Shown here piece after piece: positions 24,258 through 36,900 of a stretch of DNA of 64,000 nt. The notes under the pieces are model-generated. The model made no database searches and had not been told where the DNA came from. It worked only from the letters and a program-made list of their open reading frames with translations. The DNA lies in the sequence record OQ870555.1; one strand, given 5' to 3'. Positions within the stretch are counted from its first letter, which is position 1. Each line of letters opens with the position of its first letter. The stretch is from Escherichia phage PECP14. A program made the translations under genes and the position numbers.

Positions 24258-27200
24258 ATGACTGATAAGCTAATACGAGAACTACTTATAGATGTAAAGC
24301 AGAAAGGGGCAACCCGTACTGCAAAATCTATTGAGAACGTTTCCGATGCGTTAGAAAATGCTGCTGCCGCTTCCGAACTGACTAATGAACAGTTAGGAAA
24401 AATGCCCAAAACTCTTTACTCCATTGAGAGGGCGGCGGATAGAGCAGCTAAAAGTCTAACTAAAATGCAGGCTAGCAGAGGTATGATGGGCATCACCAAA
24501 TCTATGGATAGTATTGGTGCTAAGTTAGATGACCTTGCTATTGCTATGATCGAGGTATCTGATAAGCTAGAGTCTGGATTTACACATGTTGGTAAATCTG
24601 TTAAGGCTATGGGTAACGATGTAGCTGCTGCAACTGAAAAAGTTCAAGATAGATTATATGATACTAACCGAGCACTAGGTAATACTGCTAGAGGCTTTAA
24701 TGATACAACTACCGCTGCAGGACGTGCTAGTCGTGCAATTGGTAATACTTCTGGTTCAGCACGTGGTGCAACTCGTGACTTCGCAGCTATGGCTAAAGTG
24801 GGTGGTGGTTTACCTCTTATGTACGCTGCTATCGCATCTAACGTGTTCGTTCTACAATCTGCATTCGAACAGCTTAAGATGGGTGACCAGTTAAACCGTC
24901 TTGAGAAGTTTGGTACTATTGTTGGTACTCAAACAGGTACTCCGGTACAAACGCTAGCTAGATCTCTACAAGAGGCTGCTGGTTATGCAATTTCCTTCGA
25001 AGAAGCAATGAGACAGGCATCCTCTGCTTCTGCATATGGATTCGATGCTGAACAACTTAATAAATTTGGTCTAGTAGCTCGTCGTGCTGCTGCTGTTCTT
25101 GGTGTTGATATGACTGATGCACTTAATCGTGTAATCAAGGGTGTATCTAAACAAGAAATCGAACTTCTGGACGAACTTGGTGTTACTATTCGTCTTAATG
25201 ATGCTTACGCTGACTATGTTAAACAGTTAAATGCTGCTAACACAGGTATCACATATAACGTCAATAGTCTTTCAACTTTCCAGAAACAACAAGCATATGC
25301 TAACGCAGTAATCGCTGAATCTACTAAACGTTTCGGCTACCTGGATGATGTACTTCGTGCAACCCCATGGGAACAGTTTGCTGCTAATGCTGATGCTGCA
25401 CTGAGAAAGGTTCAACAGGCTGCTGCTAAGTATTTAGGGCCAGTAATTGATTCTATCAACGCAGTATTCTATACTTCTCAAGCATCTATTTCAGCTTCTG
25501 CTGCTAGAGCACAGGAAGAAACTAACCGTCAGATTGACCCCACTAACGTTGGTGCTGTAGCTTTAAGTCTTTCCGCTTCTGAGGAAGGATATAATAAAGC
25601 TCTTGATATGTATAAAGAATCTCTAGAAAAGCGTAATAAGTTAAAAGCTGATCTAGATAAGCGTATGGAACAGGCTGACTTCTTTACTGCAGGTGCAATT
25701 CGTTCTGTGGCTCAAGGTGTTCCGGTAAGTGCTGCGGCTCTTGGTGCTTCGGAGGAAAACAAGAAGTTCGTAGCTGAAACTGCGGCTATGGCACTCCAAG
25801 TAGAACGTTTGGATAAGGAAGTTACTGATTCAACTGATAACTTAGGTGCATGGAAGTCTGCATATCAAGCTGCTGGTGCTGCGGCTGCTAAGGCTAATCC
25901 AGAATTCCAGAAGCAGATTAATCTGCAGAAGGATATGAATGACCCTGATGCGGTTTATGACTTTAACTCTGCAACCCTAAAAGGACTGACAGAGCAGCAG
26001 AAAGCATATGATCAAGCTAAGAAAACTGCTAGTGACTTAGCTAACGATATCCAGAACATCGCTCAGAACACTAACACTGCGGCTAAAACTAGTGCATCCC
26101 TATCAGATACGATTAAGACTATTGAGTCTCTATCTGCGGGTACTGGTAAAAATGCTGATGAGTATGTTAAGAGCCTGAACTTAGGGTATAATACTCTTAG
26201 TGAGATGAAGACTGCTTCACAAGCTCTTGCTGGTTACGTAAAATTAACTGGTAATGAGACTAAGAATCAGTTAGAAGTTCAGCAGAAGATTGCCGAAGTG
26301 TACAACCAGACTAAGGACAAAGAGAAAGCTCAGGAAGCTGGTAGACGTCTGGAAATTCAACAGTTAGAAGAACAGGAAGCAGCTCTTAAGCGTGTCCTAG
26401 AAACTAACAAAGGTAACAAAGCAATCGAAGGTGAAATAGCTAAGATTCAGTTAGAACGTATCAAGATTACTAACCAGGGTATGGAAGCTCAGAAGAAGGT
26501 TAAGGACTATACCGATAAGATTCTTGGTGTTGATCGTGAAATTGCTCTCCTGAATAACCGTACTATGACAGATACTCAATATCGTTTAGCTCAGTTGAAC
26601 CTTGAACTGACTGTCGAGAAAGAAAAGTATGAATGGTACTCCAAACAGGTTGATAAGCATAAGGAAGCTGAACAATCAAGACGTGCTCAGGCACAAATTG
26701 AACGTGAAATCTGGAAATTCCGTCAGGATCAGCAAAAGGAAATGGCTGCTGGCAGGGAAGAGGAGCAACAAAGAAAATTTACTGCAAATCCTTTAATGGG
26801 AGCTGCGGAACGTATCAAGGAGCAAATCCAGCTATTCGAAGACCTTAAGCAAAAAACTTTAGGGAATGCTGCTGCTCAGCTAGAATATAACAAAAAGCTA
26901 GCGGAAACTAGGGCACAGTTAGCAGCTCTAAGAGTACAACGTGATGCAGAGATGCAATCTTCTGTAGGTGCAGCTGTAGGGGCTACTTATACTCCTACTA
27001 CTGGATTAACTGGAGAAGATAAAAACTTCGCAGATATGCAGAATAGAATGGCATCCTATGACCAGGCTATTTCTAAGCTATCTGAACTGAACTCCGAAGC
27101 AACTGCCGTAGCACAAAGCATGGGTAACCTAACTAATGCTATGATCCAGTTCTCTCAAGGATCTCTGGATACTACCTCTCTAGTAGCGGCTGGTATGCAA

Positions 27201-27938
27201 ACTGTGTCTTCAATGATTCAGTATAGTGTTGGTCAACAGGTAAGTGCTATTGATGCAGCTATTGCAGCAGAACAGAAACGTGATGGTAAATCTGAGCAAT
27301 CTAAAGCTAAGATCAAGAAGTTAGAGGCTGAAAAGCTCAAGATCCAGCAAGATGCGGCTAAGAAGCAAATCATTATCCAGACGGCAGTAGCGGTGATGCA
27401 GGCAGCAACAGCTGTTCCGTATCCATTCTCTATTCCTCTGATGGTTGCGGCTGGTTTAGCAGGTGCTATGGCTCTTGCTCAAGCATCCTCTGCATCTGGT
27501 ATGTCTTCTATTGGGGACTCTGGTGCTGAGACAGCTGGTTACTTAACTCTTGGAGAGCGCCAGAAGAACGTAGACGTTTCTATGTCGGCTAACGCAGGAG
27601 AACTTTCTTATATTCGAGGTGATCAAGGGATTGGTAATGCTAACTCTTTCGTACCTCGTGCAGAAGGTGGTAATATGTATCCTGGAGTTAGTTACCAGAT
27701 GGGTGAGCATGGTACCGAAGTAATCACTCCTATGGTTCCGATGAAGGCTACTCCTACTGATGAACTCAAAGGATCTTCAAAGGGTACATCGGGTAGACCT
27801 ATTGTGCTGAACATCAGTACGATGGATGCGGCTAGCTTCCGAGACTTTGCTTCGAGCAACAGTGCTGCTTTCAGGGATGCCGTGGAACAGGCTCTTAATG
27901 AGAATGGAACCACCCTGAAATCACTTGGTAATTCTTAA
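24258..27938 (+). CDS. tail tape measure protein (pb2-like, 1226 aa)
   Basis: Very long, Ala/Gln/Lys-rich coiled-coil protein with a hydrophobic segment near the C-terminus; longest gene in the tail module. Confidence 0.9.
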   Translation: MTDKLIRELLIDVKQKGATRTAKSIENVSDALENAAAASELTNEQLGKMPKTLYSIERAADRAAKSLTKMQASRGMMGITKSMDSIGAKLDDLAIAMIEVSDKLESGFTHVGKSVKAMGNDVAAATEKVQDRLYDTNRALGNTARGFNDTTTAAGRASRAIGNTSGSARGATRDFAAMAKVGGGLPLMYAAIASNVFVLQSAFEQLKMGDQLNRLEKFGTIVGTQTGTPVQTLARSLQEAAGYAISFEEAMRQASSASAYGFDAEQLNKFGLVARRAAAVLGVDMTDALNRVIKGVSKQEIELLDELGVTIRLNDAYADYVKQLNAANTGITYNVNSLSTFQKQQAYANAVIAESTKRFGYLDDVLRATPWEQFAANADAALRKVQQAAAKYLGPVIDSINAVFYTSQASISASAARAQEETNRQIDPTNVGAVALSLSASEEGYNKALDMYKESLEKRNKLKADLDKRMEQADFFTAGAIRSVAQGVPVSAAALGASEENKKFVAETAAMALQVERLDKEVTDSTDNLGAWKSAYQAAGAAAAKANPEFQKQINLQKDMNDPDAVYDFNSATLKGLTEQQKAYDQAKKTASDLANDIQNIAQNTNTAAKTSASLSDTIKTIESLSAGTGKNADEYVKSLNLGYNTLSEMKTASQALAGYVKLTGNETKNQLEVQQKIAEVYNQTKDKEKAQEAGRRLEIQQLEEQEAALKRVLETNKGNKAIEGEIAKIQLERIKITNQGMEAQKKVKDYTDKILGVDREIALLNNRTMTDTQYRLAQLNLELTVEKEKYEWYSKQVDKHKEAEQSRRAQAQIEREIWKFRQDQQKEMAAGREEEQQRKFTANPLMGAAERIKEQIQLFEDLKQKTLGNAAAQLEYNKKLAETRAQLAALRVQRDAEMQSSVGAAVGATYTPTTGLTGEDKNFADMQNRMASYDQAISKLSELNSEATAVAQSMGNLTNAMIQFSQGSLDTTSLVAAGMQTVSSMIQYSVGQQVSAIDAAIAAEQKRDGKSEQSKAKIKKLEAEKLKIQQDAAKKQIIIQTAVAVMQAATAVPYPFSIPLMVAAGLAGAMALAQASSASGMSSIGDSGAETAGYLTLGERQKNVDVSMSANAGELSYIRGDQGIGNANSFVPRAEGGNMYPGVSYQMGEHGTEVITPMVPMKATPTDELKGSSKGTSGRPIVLNISTMDAASFRDFASSNSAAFRDAVEQALNENGTTLKSLGNS

Positions 27939-27942
27939 TACT

Positions 27943-27970
27943 GGAGGAGGACTTTATGTCCTCCTTTTCT
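27943..27970 (+). terminator. Terminator hairpin GGAGGAC-TTTAT-GTCCTCC-TTTTCTTT after the tape measure gene
   Basis: Stem-loop plus T-rich tail read directly. Confidence 0.65.
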
Positions 27971-27981
27971 TTATGGAAAAA

Positions 27982-28010
27982 TAAAAATTTCTTGATAAAA
28001 TTTTCCAATC
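27982..28010 (+). promoter_or_regulatory. sigma70-like promoter TTGATA-N17-TATAAT upstream of the Dit/baseplate genes
   Basis: -35 TTGATA at 27982-27987, 17-nt spacer, -10 TATAAT at 28005-28010; the gene start follows at 28047. Confidence 0.5.
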
Positions 28011-28046
28011 CTATTATAATATTGTTATTAAGAGGAGAAATTAACT

Positions 28047-28661
28047 ATGAGACTACCAGACCCATACACGAACCCAGAGCTATCAGGGTTAGGTTTTGAA
28101 AGCGTTAACTTAGTAGACAATGACCCTATGATTCGTGATGAATTACCTAATGGTAAAGTTAGGGAGGTTAAGGTGTCTGCTCAATATTGGGGTATTAATA
28201 TCTCTTATCCAGAATTATTCCCAGATGAATTTGCTAAATTAGACTCATTCATTCTAGATTATAAAAGAACAGGTAGCTATATTGATGTGTTATTACCACA
28301 ATATGAAGCTTTCCGAGTTCGTGGTGATACTAGTGTTGTAAATATTCCTGCTGGACAAAAAGGTTCAACAGTTATTATGGACACTAAAGGTACACTTCGT
28401 GGACTGCCTAAACCAGGCGATTTATTTAAGTTGTCCAATCATCCAAAAGTGTATAAAATCACTTCTATCAATACAGCAGGAAATACTTGGAATATAAGTG
28501 TTTACCCTGACCTATTCATTACTACTACGGGTAGTGAGAAACCGGTATTTAATGGTATTCTGTTTAGAACTAAATTAATGAACGGAGACAGTTTTGGCTC
28601 TACGTTAAATAGTAATGGTACATATACTGGTATTTCACTTTCCTTGAGGGAAAGTCTATGA
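28047..28661 (+). CDS. distal tail protein (Dit, pb9-like, 204 aa)
   Basis: Position directly after the tape measure gene; length matches T5 pb9. Confidence 0.7.
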   Translation: MRLPDPYTNPELSGLGFESVNLVDNDPMIRDELPNGKVREVKVSAQYWGINISYPELFPDEFAKLDSFILDYKRTGSYIDVLLPQYEAFRVRGDTSVVNIPAGQKGSTVIMDTKGTLRGLPKPGDLFKLSNHPKVYKITSINTAGNTWNISVYPDLFITTTGSEKPVFNGILFRTKLMNGDSFGSTLNSNGTYTGISLSLRESL

Positions 28662-31507
28662 AGAAAATTCTTGACAGTGCAAGAGAGTATTTAAGAACCA
28701 ATAATAAAATAAAAACTGCATGCCTTATTACTCTTGAATTGCCAAGCTCTACCGGATCAAGTTCTGCGTACATTTATCTTACAGACTATTTTAGGGATGT
28801 AATTTATAATGGTATTCTTTACACATCCGGTAAAGTTAAGTCTATAACAACACATAAACAAAATAGAAAACTTTCCATTGGTAGCCTTTCTTTTACTATC
28901 ACAGGTACTGCTGAGGATGAAGTATTAAAACTAGTCCAAAATGGTGTATCCTTCCTAGATAGATCCATCTCAATCCATCAAGCGGTTATTGATGAAGAAG
29001 GTAACATTCTTCCTGTAGATCCAGACACCAATGGTCCTTTACTTTACTTCCGTGGTAAAATCACTGGTGGTGGTATTAAGGATAACATTGGTACTTCTGG
29101 AGTTAGTACATCTGTTATTACATGGAACTGTTCAAACCAATTCTATGACTTTGATAGAGTAAACGGACGTTTCACAGATGATGCTGACCATAGAGGACTT
29201 GAGATTGTTGCTGGCCAATTAGTTCCATCTAATGGTGCTAAACGACCTGAATATCAAGAGGACTACGGATTCTTTCATGCTAACAAGAGTATTTCTATTC
29301 TTGCTAAGTATCAGGTTCAGGAAGAACGTTATAAGTTACAATCTAAGAAAAAGTTATTTGGTCTTTCTAGAAGCTATAGCCTAAAGAAATACTATGAGAC
29401 TGTAACTAAGGAAGTCGATCTTGATTTTAACTTAGCAGCTAAATTCCTTCCAGTAGTATACGGAGTTCAGAAAATTCCTGGAATCCCAGTATTTGCAGAT
29501 ACTGAACTACATAACCCTAATATTGTATATGTAGTATACGCTTTCTGTGAGGGTGAGATTGATGGATTTCTAGATTTCTACTTTGGTGATGTACCAATGA
29601 TCTGTATTGATCCTAATGATAGTAAGTCTCGTACTTGCTTTGGTACTAAGAAAGTAGCTGGTGATACCATGCAACGTATTGCTTCTGGTCAACCAAGCTC
29701 TGAACCTTCTGTTCATGGGCAGGAATATAAGTATAATGATGGTAATGGTGATATCCGTATCTGGACTTATCATGGTAAGGCTGATCAATCTGCTGCTGAT
29801 GTTCTAGTTAACATTGCAAAAGAGAAAGGTTTCTATTTACAGAACATGAATGAGAATGGACCGGAATACTGGGACTCTCGTTATAAACTGTTAGATACTG
29901 CTTATGCTATAGTTCGCTTTACTATTAATGAAAACAGAACAGAAATTCCAGAAGTTAGTGCAGAAGTTCAAGGTAAGAAGATTAAGATCTATCATTCAGA
30001 TGGTAGAGTAACTGCTGATAAGACTAGCTTAAATGGTATCTGGCAAACTCTGGACTACCTAACCTCTGATCGCTATGGTGCTAATATCACTATCGATCAG
30101 TTCCCGCTCCAGCAACTTATTCAAGAAGCAGCTATTTTGGATATCATTGATGAATCCTATCAGGTTTCTTGGCAACCCTATTGGAGATACGTTGGATGGA
30201 CTGATGCTGTAGGAGAGAATAGACAAATAGTCCAAATGAACACTATTCTGGATACCTCTGAGTCAGTATTTAAAAATGTTCAGGGATTAATAGAGTCTTA
30301 TGGTGGTGCTATCAACAACTTATCGGGACAGTATAGGATAACTGTTGAGAAGTTCTCAAATACTCCACTAGAGATTGACTTCTTAGATACCTACGGTGAT
30401 TTGGAGCTATCAGATACCACAGGTAGAAATAAGTTCAACTCAGTACAAGCCTCCATATTAGATCCTGCATTAAGCTGGAAGACTAACTCCATTACATTCT
30501 TTAACTCTATATTTAAGGAACAAGATAAAGGATTAGATAAAAAACTTCAGCTTTCTTTTGCAAATATCACTAACTACTATACTGCACGTAGCTTTGCAGA
30601 TAGAGAACTGAAAAAGTCTCGTTACTCACGAACTCTCACATTCTCATTACCATACCATTTCATAGGCATTGAGCCTAACGATCCGATTGCTTTTACATAT
30701 GGTCGTTATGGTTGGGACAAGAAATACTTCCTAGTTGATGAAGTTGAAAACTCTAGAGAAGGTAAGATTAATATTACACTGCAAGAGTACGGTGAGGATG
30801 TATTCATTAACTCCGAGCAGGTTGATAATAGTGGTAACGATATCCCTGATGTTAGTAATAACGTACTGCCTCCTAGAGACTTTATGTATACACCAACACC
30901 GGGGGGACAAGTAGGATCTATTGGTAAGAATGGTGAGCTATCTTGGCTTCCTAGCTTAACTAATAACGTTGTTTATTACTCCATCGTTCACTCTGGGCAT
31001 GCTGATCCTTATATAGTACAGCAACTAGAAACTAATCCAAATCTACGAATGATCCAAGAAATTATTGGAGAACCTGCTGGTTTAGCAGTCTTTGAGATTA
31101 GAGCTGTAGATATTAATGGTAGACGAAGTTCTCCTGTAACATTATCGGTAGAACTTAACTCTGCTAAAAACTTAAGCGTCGTTAGTAATTTCAGGGTTAC
31201 TAACACAGCTTCAGGAGATGCATCGGAGTTTGTAGGACCAGACGTTAAGTTGGCCTGGGATAGAATTCCAGAAGAAGATATCATTGATGGAATCTTCTAC
31301 ACTCTCGAAATCTACGATAACCTAGATCGTTTATTAAGAAGTGTACGAATTGAAGATCAGTATGTCTACGATTATCTACTGATATACAATAAGGCAGACT
31401 ATGCTCTTCATAACGAGGATGCTCTAGGTATTAATAGGAAGTTACGCTTCCGTATAAGAGCAGAAGGTGATAATGGCGAGCAATCTGTGGATTGGGCATC
31501 TATTTAA
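28658..31507 (+). CDS. baseplate hub protein (pb3-like, 949 aa)
   Basis: Large protein after Dit; length matches T5 pb3. Confidence 0.75.
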   Translation: MKKILDSAREYLRTNNKIKTACLITLELPSSTGSSSAYIYLTDYFRDVIYNGILYTSGKVKSITTHKQNRKLSIGSLSFTITGTAEDEVLKLVQNGVSFLDRSISIHQAVIDEEGNILPVDPDTNGPLLYFRGKITGGGIKDNIGTSGVSTSVITWNCSNQFYDFDRVNGRFTDDADHRGLEIVAGQLVPSNGAKRPEYQEDYGFFHANKSISILAKYQVQEERYKLQSKKKLFGLSRSYSLKKYYETVTKEVDLDFNLAAKFLPVVYGVQKIPGIPVFADTELHNPNIVYVVYAFCEGEIDGFLDFYFGDVPMICIDPNDSKSRTCFGTKKVAGDTMQRIASGQPSSEPSVHGQEYKYNDGNGDIRIWTYHGKADQSAADVLVNIAKEKGFYLQNMNENGPEYWDSRYKLLDTAYAIVRFTINENRTEIPEVSAEVQGKKIKIYHSDGRVTADKTSLNGIWQTLDYLTSDRYGANITIDQFPLQQLIQEAAILDIIDESYQVSWQPYWRYVGWTDAVGENRQIVQMNTILDTSESVFKNVQGLIESYGGAINNLSGQYRITVEKFSNTPLEIDFLDTYGDLELSDTTGRNKFNSVQASILDPALSWKTNSITFFNSIFKEQDKGLDKKLQLSFANITNYYTARSFADRELKKSRYSRTLTFSLPYHFIGIEPNDPIAFTYGRYGWDKKYFLVDEVENSREGKINITLQEYGEDVFINSEQVDNSGNDIPDVSNNVLPPRDFMYTPTPGGQVGSIGKNGELSWLPSLTNNVVYYSIVHSGHADPYIVQQLETNPNLRMIQEIIGEPAGLAVFEIRAVDINGRRSSPVTLSVELNSAKNLSVVSNFRVTNTASGDASEFVGPDVKLAWDRIPEEDIIDGIFYTLEIYDNLDRLLRSVRIEDQYVYDYLLIYNKADYALHNEDALGINRKLRFRIRAEGDNGEQSVDWASI

Positions 31508-33565
31508 ATGATTTCGAATAATGCACCAGCCAAGATGGTCTTAAATAGTATTATGACTGGATATACTATGGCGTATATCCAGCATTCTATCTATACCGAC
31601 TACGATGTTATCGGTAGATCATTCTGGCTTAAACTTGGCGAAGAAGTGGATAGAAGAGATTTCACTGGAATCGACACTTTCTTTGTTATGATCAATAACT
31701 TAACTCCCTCAACTACCTATCAGGTTCAGGGAGCTTTTTATGACTCAATTATTGACTCAGAACTTTTAAATGCAAAAATTGGTATTAACCTCTCTAATGA
31801 AACTAACTTTAAAACAAAAGAGAAGCCAATAATTGTTACAGCAAGGTCTGAGTCAGAACCAGTGGATGTTGGGGTGGGCGCACCGATAGTTGTTGTGGAA
31901 ACTACTGGTGAAGCAAGTTACTGTACTATTGAGTTAAAAAGTACAGCCACGGAAGATAGTCCTTGGACTAAGTATTACATTGGGGCTTTAGGTTCTACTA
32001 TTAAATTTGGTGGAGTTCCTATCGGAGATTATAAGATCAGAATATCTGGTCAAGTAACTATGCCTGATGGTGTTACAGTTGATTCTTCTGGTTACTATGA
32101 GTTCCCTAGTATTCTAACTGTAGCTTATAATTTTGTTCCTCCTACTGCACCTATCGATATTGTTTTTAAAGCTGCACGAATTGCTGATGGTAAAGAACGA
32201 TATGATGTTAGAATTGAGTGGGATTGGGAACGCGGTGCTGGTGCTAATGTTCGTGAGTTCTTGGTTACTTATATAAACTCCGAAGAATACGCTAAGACTG
32301 GCTGGGCTAAAGCTCAAAAGATAAACGTGGGGGCTGCTAGAGCTGCAACGATTATATCATTCCCATGGAAAGTTGAACATACCTTTAAGGTTTCATCAAT
32401 TGCCTGGGGACCAAATAAGCAAGATATAACAGAATCAGCTCCTGTAACATTTATTCTGAATGAGGATACTCCTCTAGATAACAGTTTTGTCAATGAGACG
32501 GGTATTGATGTTAACTATGCCTTTATTAAGGGTAGTATGAAAGATGGGGAAATCTGGAGACAGACATTCTTAATTGATGCAGCTACTGGTGCTATTAACA
32601 TTGGTCTGCTCGATGAAGAAGGAAAAGCACCTATTTCTTTCGACCCTATAAATCGTGTTGTTAACGTTGATGGTAAAGTAATTACTAGAGATATTAATGC
32701 TGCGAACTTTATCATGACTAACTTGTCTGGTAAAGATAATCCAGCAATTTACACTCAAGGTAAATCTTGGGGAGATAATAACTCTGGTATTTGGATGGGT
32801 ATGGATAATACCTCTGCCAAAGCGAAACTAGACATTGGTAATGCTACACAATGGATACGTTATGATGGTACTACTCTGCGCATCTCTAGTGGTGTAGTAA
32901 TTGGAACGCCAAATGGTGACGTAGATATTGGAACTGGTTTACAAGGTAAGCAAACAGTATTTGTTTATAAGTTAGCAACATCTTTACCGGCCAAACCGCT
33001 AGAACAAGATTATCCGCCTCCTGGTTGGTCAAAAACTCCACCTAACCGTACAGATATGACACAAAATATCTATGCGACTACAGGTACACTTGATCCAGTT
33101 ACTAACAAACTTCTTGAAGGTACTAGCTGGTCTGATGTAGTTCAGTGGAGTGGTACTGAAGGTACTATAGGACATGATGGACAGCGTGGTCCTGGGATGT
33201 ACTCCATGGGTATTCCTGGACTAGGTGGTTGGGATGATGGACAAGCTAACGCATTCTTCCAAAATAACTTTGGAAAACCTCCGGTTAAGTATGATGTTCT
33301 AACACAATTTAACAGTAATGCTCCGCAAACAGCATTTACCCGTCAATGGAACGGAGCTGGATGGATTAACCCTGCAATGGTTCTTCATGGCAATATGATT
33401 GTTAATGGGACTGTTACTGCGGATAAGATTGTGGCAGGAAATGCCTTCTTATCGCAAATCGGTGTTAATATAATCTACGATAGAAATGCTGCATTATCAG
33501 GGAACCCTGAAGCATACTACAAGATGAAGATAGACCTAAATAGTGGGTATATCCATATAAGGTAA
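31508..33565 (+). CDS. tail tip / central fibre protein (pb4-like, 685 aa)
   Basis: Position after the hub gene; synteny with T5 pb4. Confidence 0.65.
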   Translation: MISNNAPAKMVLNSIMTGYTMAYIQHSIYTDYDVIGRSFWLKLGEEVDRRDFTGIDTFFVMINNLTPSTTYQVQGAFYDSIIDSELLNAKIGINLSNETNFKTKEKPIIVTARSESEPVDVGVGAPIVVVETTGEASYCTIELKSTATEDSPWTKYYIGALGSTIKFGGVPIGDYKIRISGQVTMPDGVTVDSSGYYEFPSILTVAYNFVPPTAPIDIVFKAARIADGKERYDVRIEWDWERGAGANVREFLVTYINSEEYAKTGWAKAQKINVGAARAATIISFPWKVEHTFKVSSIAWGPNKQDITESAPVTFILNEDTPLDNSFVNETGIDVNYAFIKGSMKDGEIWRQTFLIDAATGAINIGLLDEEGKAPISFDPINRVVNVDGKVITRDINAANFIMTNLSGKDNPAIYTQGKSWGDNNSGIWMGMDNTSAKAKLDIGNATQWIRYDGTTLRISSGVVIGTPNGDVDIGTGLQGKQTVFVYKLATSLPAKPLEQDYPPPGWSKTPPNRTDMTQNIYATTGTLDPVTNKLLEGTSWSDVVQWSGTEGTIGHDGQRGPGMYSMGIPGLGGWDDGQANAFFQNNFGKPPVKYDVLTQFNSNAPQTAFTRQWNGAGWINPAMVLHGNMIVNGTVTADKIVAGNAFLSQIGVNIIYDRNAALSGNPEAYYKMKIDLNSGYIHIR

Positions 33566-33570
33566 TTATA

Positions 33571-33993
33571 ATGAGTACAGAAAACCGAGTTATTGATATT
33601 GTTGTTGATGAAAAAGTACCTTATGGTCTTATCATGCAATTTATGGATGTTGATGATAGTGTATATCCACCAACAGAAGTTCCTGTTAACTTGACGGGGT
33701 ATTCTCTCCGAGGGACTATTAAGTCTAGTTTAGATGAGAACGCCGAGGTTCTAGCTAATTTTAAAGCTCGTGTTATTGATGCTGCTCAAGGTGCTGCTGC
33801 AATTAGTCTTTCTGTTGCAGACGTTACAAATATTGGTGAAAAAGCATCTAAAGAACGTGATAAGTACAACCCAAGACAACGTTTTGCAGGTTATTATGAT
33901 ATCCTAATGACTCGTGATGTGATTGGCTCTGAAGTCAGTTCTTTCCGTATTATGGAAGGTAAAGTATACATCAGCGATGGAGTAACTCAATAA
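33571..33993 (+). CDS. tail collar protein (p132-like, 140 aa)
   Basis: Small protein immediately upstream of the tail-fibre gene; size matches T5 p132. Confidence 0.5.
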   Translation: MSTENRVIDIVVDEKVPYGLIMQFMDVDDSVYPPTEVPVNLTGYSLRGTIKSSLDENAEVLANFKARVIDAAQGAAAISLSVADVTNIGEKASKERDKYNPRQRFAGYYDILMTRDVIGSEVSSFRIMEGKVYISDGVTQ

Positions 33994-36900
33994 TGGCACT
34001 TAAAACTAAAATTATTGTACAGCAGATTCTGAACATAGATGACACTACAACTACTGCTAGTAAGTATCCTAAATATACAGTAGTTTTAGGTAATTCTATT
34101 AGTTCTATTACTGCTGGTGAATTAACTGCTGCTGTAGAAGCCTCTGCTGCTTCTGCTGCGGCAGCAAAAGATTCTGAAATAGCAGCTAAGGAATCTGAAA
34201 CAAATGCTAAGGACTCGGAGAACCTAGCTGCAATTTATGCTACTTCTTCTGAAACATCTGCAACTCAATCTGCGGCATCTGCCGCGGAAGCTGAGAGACA
34301 AGCTGGTCTGTCACAAAAGAGTGCTGAAGCATCCGCTACATCGGCGGAAGAATCTAAAGGATTCAGGAATTCTGCTGAATTAGCTGCTCAAAATGCGGAG
34401 ACCAGTCGTAGACTTGCCGAACAAGCTAAAACTGCGGCTCAACAAGCTCAGACAGCTGCAGAAACTGCTAAGACTGGTGCTGAAACAGCAAAAGCAGGTG
34501 CAGAAGCTGCTGCTACAACTGCTGGAGAACATGCTGCTTCCGCTAAACAATCAGAATTAAATGCTAAAGAATCAGAAACTAATGCGGCTGGTTCTGCTGT
34601 AGAAGCAGGAGATAAGGCTGTAGATGCTACTACTGAGGCAAATCGTGCTAAGGCTGAAGCCGATCGCGCAGCTCAGATTGTAGATAGCAAGCTGGATAAA
34701 GAAGATATATCTGGTTTCATCAAAGTTTATAAGACAAAAGCAGAAGCTGATGCAGATGTTGCAAATCGTGTTCTGGGTGAAAAGATTCTAGTCTGGAACC
34801 AAACTGATTCAAAATATGGTTGGTATAAGGTTGCTGGTACTGCTGAGGCTCCTGTCCTAGAATTAGTAGAAATTGAACAGAAACTCGTATCAATCAATAA
34901 CGTTCATGCAGATGATGCTGGTAACGTACAGATCACTCTTCCAGGAGGTAACCCTTCTTTATGGTTAGGTGAAGTTACTTGGTTCCCTTACGATAAAGAT
35001 TCGGGTGTTGGATACCCTGGTGTTCTGCCAGCTGATGGTCGTGAAGTACTTCGTGTTGACTATCCTGATACTTGGGAAGCCATCGAAGCTGGTCTAATTC
35101 CTTCTGTTTCAGAAGCTGAATGGCAGGCCGGTGCAACTCTCTACTTCTCCACTGGTGATGGTTCCACAACCTTCCGTTTACCAGATATGATGCAAGGGCA
35201 GGCTTTTCGTGCACCTACTAAGGGAGAAGAAGACGGCGGTGCTATTAAGGAACAGATTCCTTATATCACTACTGTGAATGGAATTGGTCCTGCTGATGAT
35301 ACTGGAGCTATTAAGCTTCCTTACGTGGCAATGGTCAATGGAACTATTCGTCCAGATGAGAACGGAAATCTAGCACTAGGTAACGTAGTAACCAAAAACG
35401 TTTGGAACGGTACTGATGGAGAAGTCTTACTAAGGGGTGCATTTGGTTTAGGTGGTGCTGGTATAATTCTTAATGAACCAGATCTAGTATCCTTCTTTAA
35501 AGCAATGCGTGCTTTCGGTTCAGGGTATTATAGAAATGATAACGAGAGTAACTTAGTAATCCCTAAGTATTCTGCTGGATTCTACTCTAAAGTTGGAGAT
35601 ACCCATACCTTTATTTGTTCTGCCTATAGCAATGGTGTTGCTTTTGTAGCTTCTGCTTCTGATAGAGATTTAGATGAAGAATCTACAGTACATACTAATA
35701 TTCTTTATGGTACTGCAAATAAGCCTGATTTAAATAATGATACTCAAGGTGTCTTAGGTCTCGATAAAGGAGGAACAGGAGCTTCTACAGTTAGTTCTGC
35801 CAAAACTAACCTAGAAGTGGATAGAATAAAGCAGCTAGTAGGAGGAACACATATAACCTCTCAGGATCAAAATATAGTGTTTATGGTTCAGGACACTAAA
35901 ACCTGGGGGGTATACGACCATTCTGAAAACAAGTGGATATCTTTACCTGTTGAACATGGGGGTACTGGAGCTACTGAGCCAGTTCAAGCTAGAAAAAATT
36001 TAGGGGCTGCAAGTGCCGGTATTAACTCCGATATTACTCAGCTACGTAATATGGAGGGTTGGCCTCTTAGCATTAAGAACGGTGGTATTATTACTCGTAA
36101 ATACCACGCAGTTCCTTCGGATGGGTTTTACTTAGGATCGGAAGTTTTTTCTGCTCAGGTCCAACTGGATAATTCAGAGGATCCAGATACCCCTCGTTTA
36201 GAGGCATTATTTTACGCTGAAGGTAACTATGCCCAATCTCGTACTGAAAGGGCTACAGTAGCTGCTTATAGGCGTACTGCAGATGGTTCGTTAACTGCTA
36301 CTAAATATGCTAACCTGTACATGGATTCAGGGGCTTGGAATGCAGAACGTATGCAAGCTCTAGGGTATTCTAAAGGTTGGGACGATGATTCCTTTGGTTT
36401 CCTCGCTCCTTTTCAAGCTTCTGATGTAACGGGCAATGATCATGGATTCGTACCTATTATTAGTGCTATGACTCAATCCACAGGTGGCTACCCAATGAGG
36501 GCTACTACTGGATTAATATCTCGAGGTACTAGTACTTGGCCTGCCTATGCATTTAGACTTCGTGGAGATTCTAATTGGGGATGTACCTATCAGTTCCACA
36601 TGACAGGGGATATTGACGGATGGGGGTCAGACTATAATAACGTTGTCTTTAACTTTACTTACACAAAAAATGCGGTGTCGGATATCAATCTAAAAGATAA
36701 TATTCAAGACGTATCGGGTGAAGAATCTCTTGAAAACATTGAAAAAATGGAGTTCAAGAAATTCACCTATAAGTTTGATAAGAAAAAGAGTATTAGACGT
36801 GGTGTTATTGCACAACAAATAGAGTTGATTGATCCTCAATATGTTAAAGCTATTGGCAATCCTGAAACCGACGATATTACTTTAACCCTAGATACCAATC

